Shown in pieces: positions 52,501 through 63,648 of a DNA stretch of 64,000 bases. The position numbers and the translations under genes are program-made. The stretch spans positions 87,978,001 through 88,042,000 of the forward strand of contig NC_043001.1 in NCBI RefSeq assembly GCF_006345805.1, read 5' to 3'. The notes under the pieces are model-generated. The model saw only the letters and a list, made by a program, of their open reading frames with translations. It was not told where the DNA came from and searched no databases. The stretch's first letter is position 1. The number at the start of each line of letters is the position of its first letter. Source of the DNA: Octopus sinensis. Taxonomy: Eukaryota.

Positions 52501-52510
52501 CAGGCAATGA

Positions 52511-52542
<32 letters not shown>

Positions 52543-52567
52543 TAATAATAATAATAATAATAATAAC

Positions 52568-53990
52568 TAGATAAGACACAACATGAACTAGATAAGACAC
52601 AACACACACAAATGAAAGAGAAAATAAAAAAAGAATATTATAGACGAGTTAGATCAATACTAAACACAGAGCTCAATGCTAAAAACAAGATAATAGGTAT
52701 CAACATTTTAGCTGTCCCAGTTATAAGTTACAGCTACAATATCCTTAACTGACACGAAATGAACTGACCAAAATAGATAGGAAAACAAGAAAAATAATGA
52801 CAGGATCTAGGATCATCACCCAAATCTGACATAGAAAGACTATATATACAACGTATAGAAGGTGGTAGAGGCCTTATACAGCTGGAAAACTACTATAAAA
52901 AACCACCATAGGACTGCAAAAATATCTACTTCAGAAGGAAGGAAAACTGATCCAGATAGCGGCAAACACGAGCAAAACAAAAAACTGTTCTCAGTATTTA
53001 AGGAAGCTGACAAATACAAACAAGAAATCATACCACCTATAAACATGAAGAAGAAGAAGAAGATGAAGAAACAACAAAAGCTATAAAACAAATGAAATCC
53101 AAACTAAAAATATAACAGCACGACCATGATAAAACGATGGGCAAGAAGCCCTTCATGGTAAATACTGGACTAAACTAACGCAAAAGAAATAGACAAGAAA
53201 AATCCCAGCAATGGTTGAGAAGCTCAGGACTCAAAGCAGAAACAGAGGGATTTTAAATGCAGCACAAGACCAAAGCCTCCCCACCAGAATTACCAAAAAC
53301 ATGTAATGAAAGAAATATTACAAGTAACTGCAGAATATGTGAGATGGACAAGAAACAATAAATCATATTATCTCTAGCTGCCCAGTCCTGGCTAAGAAGG
53401 AATATATTCACAGACATGACAGAGTTGGAACCTACATACATTGGAAGCTATGCCAACATTATGGAAAAACAAACAGAAAAAAGATGGTATAGCACACACC
53501 AGAAAAGGTCACAGAAAACGAGAAAGCAACCATACTCTGGGATATGCCGATACACACAGATAGAGAAATTAAGGCCAACAGACCAGATATAGTTTTCAGA
53601 GATCATGAAGAAAAAAATGCTTTCTAATGATGTATCAATACCGGCTGATGACAACGTGTCTCTAAAAGAAATGGAGAAACTCTCAAAATCAAAGACCTGG
53701 AAATAGAGGTAACTAGAAGTGGAATCTGAAAACAGAAACAATTCCTATCATAGTAGGTGCATTAGGCATGATAAAAAAATATTCAGACAAATACATAACA
53801 AAAACACCAGGACTTACAAACACATAACATACAGAAAATTGCACTACTAGGCACTGCACAACATCCTACGCAGAACACTTTCCATACAATAACCATCAGA
53901 GCATCACAACAAATCACAGCACATACCCAAGGCACACAGAGCTGTGCTCGGTAGTGAAGTGAAAGCACGCTATAAAAATAAAACTACTGA
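52568..53990 (+). mobile_element. 5'-truncated R4/Dong-type non-LTR retrotransposon (zinc knuckle + restriction-like endonuclease)
   Basis: DRKTRKIM...PKSDIERLY...EGGRGL, LKAETEG, CRIC-x8-H-x4-C, RHDRVG, NRPDIV...DVSIP...KLSK..DLE, RTLSIQ* at 53890-92; (TAA)n on both sides; frameshifted. Confidence 0.92.
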
Positions 53991-54155
53991 ATAATAATAA
54001 TAACAGCAACATCGAAAAATAGCTTAGGAATGAGAACCCAGGTCAAAATTCCCCAAGACACATGATGAGGCTGGAGGGTATATCAGCCGAAACGTTGTTG
54101 GTTTACAATAGACAAATGAGGACAATATCTCTCAAATATAAATAATGTAAACAAT
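53991..54155 (+). mobile_element. Inverted copy of the Penelope-like terminal repeat with minimal hammerhead-like motif (54061-54100)
   Basis: Continues 52500-52520; alignable to reverse complement of 52083-52210; ATGATGA-GGCTG-loop-CAGCC-GAAACGTT. Confidence 0.6.
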
Positions 54156-54251
54156 TTAATCTTATGGTCTCCAAAGTCATTGGTCAATACATCAAGCTGT
54201 TTCTAAAAAAAGGAACATAAAAATTGCCAAATTTAGCCTGAATACCCAGAA

Positions 54252-54400
54252 TATATATGATAGGCTTCTATCTAGCAAATTCACTCACAAGACTTTGGAC
54301 TACCAGGGGCAATAGTAGAAGAAACTTGCCCAGGTACCAACACAGTGGGATTGAACTCAAAGCTATATGATTGGGAAGTGAAATCCTTAACCTCAGGGCC
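54252..54400 (-). mobile_element. SINE family A 5' half (old)
   Basis: atagtagaagaaacttgcccaggtacc...gggattgaactc. Confidence 0.7.
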
Positions 54401-55210
54401 ATACCATGCCTAAATGAATCATAATTTATCTAGAATCATGGTGGCAGTGGTGGTGGTGGTGGTGGTGGTGGTGGTGGGGTACAATTTACTTAGATGCAAA
54501 TTGATAATGTGGAGACACTACCCATCTATCCGTAAGTAGGTGTAGCGTGGAGGTACAATTCACCTGACTATAAATAAAAATGTGTGTGTGTGTGTGCATG
54601 CTCATTCATGTGTGTATGCATGTGTGTATGCAGAGTTGACATTTGAAATCAGTGTCAACCCAGTTTTATGATAAATATTTTGTTGGTTAGCTCCGCAATT
54701 CTGTGTTCTAATTCTGCCAGAAGTACAGCATGAAATGAGTAAGTTCCATCAGATTGACATACTCTCAATATATTGTAGCTGATACTCCCAGAACAGAATC
54801 TTTATAATCACTTCTATGCTCCACCAATTTTCAACAGAACTGTCAGAGCATGACTGATGAATCTCAATAAAAACTTCATAGTTTTCATTAGTTTATTTGC
54901 TGTTAATGTCTGCTGCATAATTTCCAGTGTGAAGTTTTAATATCAAATCAATAAACTGTCAGACACTCATAAGTCTGTGGACCAGTCACATGACTCTGTA
55001 AACATTGGGAAATATGTTTAATGCTTTTGATATTGTTTTGTATTAAGCTTAATATTGGGGGGGGGAAATTCCATTCTTGTACTATTCCATCTAATTTCTC
55101 TACAATTCCATATCATCCCTCTACTATTCCTTATAATTTATGAGCCATTCCATATAGCACTATAATCCTGTACCATTTCAAGTAATTCCAGTATCATTCA
55201 TACAAGCCTT

Positions 55211-55499
55211 GTGGAGGCACATGCCTAGTGCTTATAGCAGTGGACTCGCGGTTGAGGGATCGCAGTTCGAATCTCAGACCGGGCAATGTGAGTGTTTACG
55301 AGCAAAACATCTAAGCTCCATGCAGTGCTGGCAGAAGGTAATGGCAAACTTCTGCTGACTCTTTCGCCACAAACTTTCTCTCACTCTTTCCTCCTGCATC
55401 TAGCAGCTCACCTGCACAGACCGTCCAGGTGGGAACCTATACACCAAGGAAACCAGGAAACCAGCCCTTATGAGACAGGCATGGCTTGAGAAGGAATAA
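55211..55499 (+). mobile_element. SINE family C-related with TSD
   Basis: GTGGAGGCACATG head; direct repeat CATACAAGCCTTGT at 55199-55212 and 55500-55513. Confidence 0.88.
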
Positions 55500-55724
55500 C
55501 ATACAAGCCTTGTACTATGCATATACCTCCTATACCATACATATAAACTCTACCTTTCATATGATTTCTGTACTCGTCCATATTATCTACAAACCATTCA
55601 ATATGATTTTAGTACCATTCCATATAATTCTTATACCCCTCATTATCATTTCTGTGTCATTCTATATTATTTGTGTATTAAATCATAGGATTTCGTTCCA
55701 GATAATTACAATTATGTGCGTGTG

Positions 55725-55756
<32 letters not shown>

Positions 55757-56109
55757 ATGCGTGCATGCGTACATGCATGTGTGTGTCCGTCCTGTCTTGA
55801 TGTTGCATTATACTTCTAAATGTCATATATTTCTAATATTCTGTAAGAACATGTCTGTCCGTGGGGAATATTATCTTGCTTGAACAGGTGAGGGTTATGA
55901 TAGAGAGGGCACCTGACTGGAGAAAATCTGCCTCGTTAAACTCTGTTGAATCACACAAGCATGAAAAAACCATTTTAAAGTGATAATGTTTTTAACATTC
56001 ATGAGGATAATGACTGGTACTTAACTCTGGTTTCTTATCATAAACTTTCTCAATAAAACATTGTCACAGTCCATACTAATGTGCAACTGATGACAGAACT
56101 ATTAAAAAA

Positions 56110-56332
56110 GGCAATGAGATGGCAGGAACATTAGCATGTCAGGCCAAATGCTGAGCAGTATTTCGTTTGCCACTACATTCTGAGTTCAAATTCCGCCGAG
56201 GTTGACTTTGTCTTCATCCTTTCGGGGTCGATTAAATAAGTACCACTGGGATTGATATAATCAACTTAATCCATTTGTCTGTCCTTGTTTGTCCCCTCTG
56301 TGTGTAGCCCCTTGTGGGCAGTAAAGGAATAA
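56110..56332 (+). mobile_element. SINE family B, full length
   Basis: gagttcaaattccgccgagg B-box, ggggtcgattaaataagtacc core, gtgggcagtaaaggaataaa tail. Confidence 0.88.
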
Positions 56333-57059
56333 AACTATTAGAAATAGGACCTGTATTGGTTCCTGATTGCTTACTAAAAAAACTAGATGAATAAAATATT
56401 AGATATCAATTCATCGCTTAGCTGAGATGGTATGATCTCTACACCAACACAGCCAAGAGCCTAAAATTTTGTAGCCTGTAAGATATTACATCTCTAAGCC
56501 TTTTCATACTAACCAACTGAGATTGGCTCTGTTCTTTGATATAAACGACTTGCTTAAAAAGAGCTATATTCAAAACTTCCATAAAAATTTCAAATTATGT
56601 TCCAAGCACCAGCTTCAAAACAACAAAATTATTTTACTAACTTCATCCTATTCTTATTCATGACATACTACATTCACATCTATCTCATTGCCAATTATCT
56701 GTCACTCTCCCTTCTTACTCTTATGAAACTACTCCCTTTTCTCCCCACTTTAATTTACTGTTTGTATTCCCTTTTATGCTCACCTTCTTGTACTTTGAGG
56801 GTTTGCTCTGGCATCCCCTTGCTACCTTCTAATCTTCTTCCCAGATACACCCACCCTTATAAAACACTGGGTGGTTATTTAACTTCTCTAGAGTAAGACA
56901 CCTTGTCCCTCTATTATACTTTAACCCTCAACTTCTGGCATAAAGTCACCAACATCTTTCTCAAGTACTTCCCCTCACTTAGTAGAGGGGGCATTTTTCT
57001 TTCTTTTTTCCTTTTCCTGCACTTTATGTGTCTTGCGAGAGACTTGGCAACCTCATTAC

Positions 57060-57260
57060 TACAAGTAGCATGAGAAAAATACCTAGTACACACTGTAAAG
57101 TGATTGGTATTGAGAAGGGCATCAAGTCATAGAAACCATGCCAAAGTCGACACTGGGGCTTGTTGCAGCCCTGCAGTTTGCCAGATCCTTTCAAACTGTC
57201 TGATCCATGCCAGCATGTAAAACAGGTGCTAAATAATAATAACGATGACGACAACAATGA
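57060..57260 (+). mobile_element. Old RTE 3' end
   Basis: gagaagggcatcaagtcatagaaacc...catgccagcatgtaaaac. Confidence 0.65.
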
Positions 57261-57267
57261 CAATGAA

Positions 57268-57299
<32 letters not shown>

Positions 57300-57343
57300 A
57301 TATATATATATTATGTGTGTGTGTGTGTATATATATATGTATG

Positions 57344-57383
<40 letters not shown>

Positions 57384-57384
57384 G

Positions 57385-57441
<57 letters not shown>

Positions 57442-58243
57442 GTATGTGTATATATATATATGTATATAACAGCAGTTTTTGATTTTTTAGGTCTTTTCAG
57501 TGAGATTAAATACACCATTCTACCAAAAAATTTCTCCACCCACCCAGTTGCCCTTCCCATCACCAACCTTCAACTGTTTCCAAGCAAGACATCATCTCTA
57601 TATATAAAACTGAAATGCGTTTTTACCGCTTGGATCGCTTTCAATGCCACTACATCCCGTCCGATTCGCTCCAAAATTTACAGGGACATGTAGAATGAGG
57701 TGACGATGCGCGTGGGCTACCTTAGAAATCTCTATCTTAAAGGTGTGGTTGCTAGGGGCCATCTTCCTACCTCACCCTATTTCCTCCAGTACTCTGTCAT
57801 CCTCTTCATAACTTTCAGAAGTCCACTACGGTTATTTAAAGTATCTGTCACTATCGCTATTTCCTTTCTTTTTCACTGACTCTGTTTCCTACCTTCCTAT
57901 CACTTCGGCGACGTTCTTTTAAGTATATGTCTGTCACCAACAAACAACACATGAGCATGAGAACAAATATATGAATCAGATATTCTTGCGTTCATTTATG
58001 TGTGTTGTGTGTGTGTGTGTGTGTGTGTTCTATATATAAATATGTATATGTAATGTATGTGTGTGTGTGTGTGTTCTATATATAAATATGTATATATAAT
58101 GTATATATACAAAGCGTATATATCTGTATTTATGTATATTAAACTTTTTCATAGTTATATATATTTTTAAACAAATTATAAATATAATTTAATAATTTTT
58201 ATTTTCAATTTAAATAATTTAAAGTTTTCAATTTTATATTTTA

Positions 58244-59153
58244 CTAGCAGTATCGCCCGGCGTTGCTCGGGTTTGTAAGGGAAATAACTATATAAGCATT
58301 TTTAGTGAGTTATAGCAAAAAAATAGCAAAAAATGCATAAAATGGAATAAAAAATTATAGTAATTTTTTTTTAAATCGTTGACTCATCGTAGACATTTTT
58401 AGAGAGTTACTTCCTTATATAATAGCGAAAAATGCATTAAATGGAATAAAAAATGATGGTAAATTTTTTTTTAAATCGTGGACCCATCGTAGACGCGCGC
58501 TAATACCCAGAAGGGCTCGATATGAATCACGACTATAAGATACCCGGTTTTGGTTACACTGCACTGCAAAATGTGGGAGTAGTTAGGAATCTAAATCGTA
58601 GGAGACAGACACACAACCTTACTTTTATATATAAAAATTTGTGCAACAACTAAAACATTCGGTTGTGCAAATTGTTTGCACAGGAAACCTGCCCTGTGTG
58701 GCGGTTTTTGCCGTTTTTGTGGATCCGTTTCAGCTTTTTTAGCGATTTCTGTTTTGGGCGACTTCAAGCCATGAAGTCGTTGTTCTAAAAGAACGCTGGT
58801 CTCCTTGACAACGCATTACGACGTTGATTTCCTTACACTCCCTTCCCCACAGCTTCACGAGGGAGGGAAGAAGGGGAGAAGCAACACAGGTGCAGGCGTG
58901 AGCGTGCACGCCAACTCCGCCACCATCGACACACGAAAAAATATGCATTAAAATGGAATAAAAAATTATGTTAAATTATTTTTAAAATCGTAGACTCATC
59001 GTAGACGCGCGCTAATACCCAGACGGGCTCGATATGAATCACGACTATAAGATACCCGAATTTGGTTAAACTGTATCGCAAAATGTGGGAGTAGTTAGGA
59101 ATCTAAATCGAAGGGGACACACATTCACACAACTACAGTTTTATATATATAGA
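58244..59153 (-). mobile_element. Inner non-autonomous Helitron
   Basis: Minus strand A|TCTATATATATAAAACTG at 59153; 3' hairpin CCCG-agcaacgc-CGGG then CTAG|T ending at 58244; internal tandem modules. Confidence 0.85.
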
Positions 59154-59295
59154 TATATTTTCTATGTTATATTTTCTTTTTGTATGTTTTTGTTTTTGGT
59201 TTTTTCACTGTTTGATTTGCCTATTAGTGGTTTTATCTCTAATTTAATTTACAGATATATATCTCATTTGTATACATTTGTATATATAATGCGTG

Positions 59296-59329
<34 letters not shown>

Positions 59330-60133
59330 CACATATATATATAATGTGTGCATTACGTAGTCGGTCGATTCAGCTCAAAATATGCACACCTATGTTAACG
59401 GTGCTGACAAGTTTGCATGACAACTATTTTGTTCCTCAAATGAAAGGCGTCACCTCCAGGACAAAATTCCTCATCTTATAAAATGTGGCCCCAGTAGACC
59501 CGAATGAAATCGGGTTATATTAACCAAAATGTGAAAAGGGGTCTAAATGGGGCTGGAAGGGGATTAAAATTTCAAGGAGCGGGTGTTTAGGAATTCTCTG
59601 TTACATCAAGCTAAAAAATTTGTGCCAGCCTTTTAATCGTCAATGTGTTGCCGTCCATGATAAAGAAGTTTTGAATGCTTGCCATGGTGAGTCTACTGTC
59701 GTGAGAAAGAATCGCTTCAAAACTTGGTGTTTACGAATTTTCTTTTACATCAAGTTCCAAATTTTACACCAGCCGTTAAACTGTCACTACGTTGCTGTCT
59801 GTCGTTAACAAATGCCAGCCATGGTGACTCTACTATCCTCAGATTCTATCCCTTCAAACTTTGGTTTCCAATATTTTATTATTTTTATTCAGCTCGCAAG
59901 TTCGTCTGTCCCTTTTAAATGTTAGTGTTTTGCTGTCTGCCTTGAAGCAGACCTTTCCATTGCCACTGCCTCATATTTCTGATTGATCTTTCTAAATATT
60001 TTATTTCTCAACTTACTCAAGATCTTCTGTTGGAGAGAGATAGATAAAGATAGAGAGTAAGAGAAAGCGAGGGAGAGTCCGAGAGAAAAGAAAAGTAGAG
60101 AGTGGGAAAGTGAGAGAGAAACAAATACGGAGA

Positions 60134-60443
60134 ATCATCATCATCATCATCGTTTAACGTCCGTTTTCCGTGCTAGCACGGGTTGGGCAGTGTGACCGGG
60201 GTCTCGGAAGCCAGGAGGCTGCACCAGGCTCCAGTCTGATCTGGCAGTGTTTCTACAGGTGGATGACCTTCCTAACACCAACCACTCTGTGAGTGTAGTG
60301 AGTGCTTTTTTCGTGCCGCCGGCACTGGTGCCAGGGGTTCTCGCAGTGGCAACGATCGGTTGGTGCTTTTTACATGCCACCGGCACAGAAGCAAGTCAGG
60401 CGGTGCTGCAATCGGCCACGTTCAGATGGTGCTTTTTACGTGC
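60134..60443 (-). mobile_element. RTE LINE 3' end
   Basis: (CAT)n cgtttaacgtccgttttccgtgctagcacgggttgg. Confidence 0.9.
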
Positions 60444-60662
60444 TGAAAGGAAGCAACAGAAAGTAACACCCACACTCTTACCCGCGCGTAGAGCGGGTCA
60501 CCTTCAGCTAGTTTTCCCATAACCAGATTTTTATTCACAGAAGATTAGGAATGAAGAACACTGCTTACATGATGGCAACATTCATTTACAACTATCACAT
60601 GATGTCAAGACAAGGAGACAATAACACCACCTTCATAAATGCACACAGCAGACTTCTTTCAG

Positions 60663-60891
60663 TTTCTTATTTCTTTACTGTTCACAAGGGGCTACACGCA
60701 GAAGGGACAAACAAGGACAGACAAACGGATTAAGTCGATTATATCGACACCAGTGCATAACTGGTACTTATTTAATCAACCCTGAAAGGAGGAAAGGCAA
60801 AGTCGACCTTGGCAGAATTTGAACTCAGAACATAGTGGCAGACAAAATACTGCTAAGCATTTCGCCCGGCATGCTAATGATTCTGTCAGCT
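60663..60891 (-). mobile_element. SINE family B, full length
   Basis: Reverse complement of the 56110 copy; followed by an old SINE A fragment at about 60892-61010. Confidence 0.88.
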
Positions 60892-61054
60892 CAGTTTCTG
60901 TCTACCATATCCATTCATAAGGCTTTGGTTGACCCAGGGATATAACAGGAGATACTTGCTCAAGGTGCCACACAGTGTGATTGAACCTAGAATCATGTGG
61001 CTAGATAGCATGCAGTCTCTAAATATATATATAACTTGTTATGCATTATAAAAC

Positions 61055-61305
61055 CTCTTCCAGACGATGACTCAGTAATTTATTAGGCTTGAATTTATAA
61101 TTTAATCAAATAATAGATTATTCACCACACAATTCTAGCTCAAAGTACAATCAAATGGTTTAGCTAAACATATAAAAGCATACCTGCTAACATTGGACTG
61201 TCTCCATCATAAATACTAATGTTTGGAAGATTCTGCTCAAAAGTAATACCACACCTTACAGATTCCTCACTAAAGTTAAACCTACTAAGGCGATGCTAGA
61301 GCATT
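61055..61305 (+). mobile_element. Decayed gypsy-like integrase core fragment
   Basis: QSNGLAKH (PQSNGLAER motif), YKSIPANIGLSPS.ILMFGRF (YRATP...SPAELLMGR-like). Confidence 0.55.
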
Positions 61306-61654
61306 AAAAACTGTAGTTCTTCTTCATCATCCTAATTGTTTGAGTATCCACTATCAGTCTCAATTCATTTGGGCAAATTTTCTATGACTGGAAACCCTTC
61401 CTGTCAACAACCTTCACTTGTTTTCATTCCTCTTAGCTGGACATGTTTTCATGATAGATTGGAAACAAACAACACTATTTCTATGATAGTGATGCTCGTT
61501 TGCAATTACTGTACATTATCAAGACAAGACAACTCAAGCACGCATACACACACATGTATATATATACACATATACACATACACATATATGCATATATACA
61601 CATATACATATACACATATACATACACGTACAAACATATATACATACATGCAGA

Positions 61655-61830
61655 GGTGCAGGCGTAGTTGTATGGTAAGAAGCTTGCTTCCCAACCACAT
61701 GGTTCCAGGTTCAGTCCCACTGCATGGTATCTTGGGTCATGCAGTCTTCTACTGTGCCAACTAAAGCTTTGTGAGTGGATTTACTATACAGAAACTGAAA
61801 GAAGCCCATTGTATGTTTGTGTGTGTGTGT
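61655..61830 (+). mobile_element. SINE family A 5' half
   Basis: ggtgcaggcgtagttgtatggtaagaagc...ggttcagtcccactg. Confidence 0.82.
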
Positions 61831-62131
61831 GTGTGTATACATATATATATATATATATATATATAACTAATGTAGGATAAAATGTTTTTCGAAAAAAATT
61901 TTATCAATGGCCAGCATATCAAAAAATACCTTTAAAGGTTAAATTTATAAATAACTTACAAAATAAGGGCAAAAGAAAAATTCTAATGCCAAATATGCCG
62001 AAAAAAAAGACAAAATTGTCAATAACCATTTTAATTTATGCATCTTGAAACATGCCGATAGAAATTTCTAAAAAATTCCATTATTACCGTATTGGTCCCA
62101 ATTTCAGGGTTAATTCATAAGAATATATATA

Positions 62132-62518
62132 GGTGTAGACATGGCTGTGTGGTAAGAAGCTTGCTTCCCAACCACATGATTCTGGGTTCAGTCCTACTGC
62201 ATGGCACCTTGGGCAAGTGTTTTCTACTATAACCTCAGGTCAACCAAAGCCTTGTGAGTAGATTTGGTAGATGGAAACTGAAAGAAGTCTGTTGTATATA
62301 CATATGTATATGTATTGTGTGTTTGACAACAGATGTTGGTGTGTTTATGTCCCTGTAACTTAACGGTTCAGCAAAAAAGACCGATAGAATAAGTATTAGG
62401 CTTACAAAGAGTAAGTCCTGAGGTCGATTTGGTTGATTAAAATCCCTTAAGGTAGTACTCTAGCATGGCCACAATCAAATGACTGAACCAAATAAATGAA
62501 TAAAAGAATAAAAGAATA
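62132..62518 (+). mobile_element. SINE family A, full length
   Basis: Head to aaagaataaaagaat tail. Confidence 0.88.
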
Positions 62519-62560
62519 TAGACATATAGATGTGTGTGTGTGTGCAAACATGGCATGAAA

Positions 62561-62725
62561 GGCACAGTCGTAGCTGTGTAGTAAGAAATTTGCTTTCCAA
62601 CCACATGATCTCAGGTTCAGTTTCTCAGCATGGCACCTTGAGTTTCTTTCAATTTCTGTCACCCAAATCCACTGACAAGACTTTGGTTCACCTGAGGCTA
62701 TAGTAGAGGATACTTGTCCAAGGTG
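62561..62725. mobile_element. SINE family A 5' part with internal inversion
   Basis: 62561-62640 plus; 62643-62725 is the reverse complement of the next consensus segment. Confidence 0.8.
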
Positions 62726-62792
62726 AATGCAGCTTCCCAGTTTTTGCTTTGTTAGATAATTCACAAATGCATGTTATAACTCCACTTTTTAA

Positions 62793-63015
62793 CCCTTTAA
62801 TTACTGAATTTATTTTGAGGTGTTTTGTGTTTTCTTTCAATTAATTTTAAATATAACAAAGAATTCAGTAAAATAACTTAGTTATCATTCAGCAAGTGTT
62901 AGGAACATAAATTGTGACTAAAGTTTGGTGGAAGATTTTAATTTAAAAATTACAAAATCAAGACATTTGTACTACAGTGCCAGAGGCGGTTACAGCCAGG
63001 TTGGTAACGAAAGGG
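62793..63015 (+). mobile_element. TTAA (piggyBac-like) MITE family 1
   Basis: TTAA at 62789-92 and 63016-19; TIR CCCTTTAATTAC / GTAACGAAAGGG. Confidence 0.88.
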
Positions 63016-63019
63016 TTAA

Positions 63020-63285
63020 TGTTCTAGTGATTCTTGACTAGGTTAAAATTTGGCGAAGAATCTGCAAGGTGTGGTATAACTTTTGTGCAGAATCTTTCAA
63101 ACATTAGTAGTTGTGATGGAAACAGTTCAATGTTAACAGGTATGGCTTTATATGTCTGGCTAAATTATTTCATTGTACTTTGGGCTGGAATTGCGTACTG
63201 TATATTCTCTTGTTTGATGAGATTAGAAAATTCATGACTAAAATATTGAGTCAATACCTGAAGGAAGTGATTTGTCAGGTGTATC
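63020..63285 (-). mobile_element. Decayed gypsy-like integrase core fragment (homologue of 61055-61305)
   Basis: FSHEFSNLIKQENIQY...YKAIPVNIELFPSQLLMFERFCTKVIPHL. Confidence 0.55.
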
Positions 63286-63374
63286 AGTTGCATGTCATCT
63301 TTAGTGATTGCAATTACACACACTAAATTATGCATGTGTGTGCATTTGTGTATATATGCATGTTTCTTTCTGAT

Positions 63375-63391
63375 TCTGATTATTTGAAGCC

Positions 63392-63427
<36 letters not shown>

Positions 63428-63523
63428 TGTATGTATGTGTGTGTGTATGTGTGTATGTATGTATGTATGTATGATGTATGTATGTATGTATGTATGTACG
63501 TACGTATGTATATATGTATGTAC

Positions 63524-63554
<31 letters not shown>

Positions 63555-63648
63555 TGTATGTATGTATGTATGTACGTATGTATGTACGTATGTATGTACG
63601 TATGTATGTATGTATGTATGTATGTATGTATGTATGTATGTATGTATG
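63375..63648. repeat. (TATG)n microsatellite
   Basis: Direct observation. Confidence 0.95.

Larger units (their letters stand above)
57595..60511 (+). mobile_element. Outer non-autonomous Helitron (composite, with nested insertions)
   Basis: 5' A|TCTCTATATATAAAACTG at 57595; 3' hairpin ACCCGC-gcgtaga-GCGGGT (60480-60498) then CTAG|T at 60508-60512; pairing of the two ends is inferred. Confidence 0.6.

Noticed and set aside
57600-57950. CpG-island-like promoter or first exon of a minus-strand gene
   Set aside because: Begins exactly at a Helitron-type 5' terminus shared with the element ending at 59153; better explained as young TE sequence
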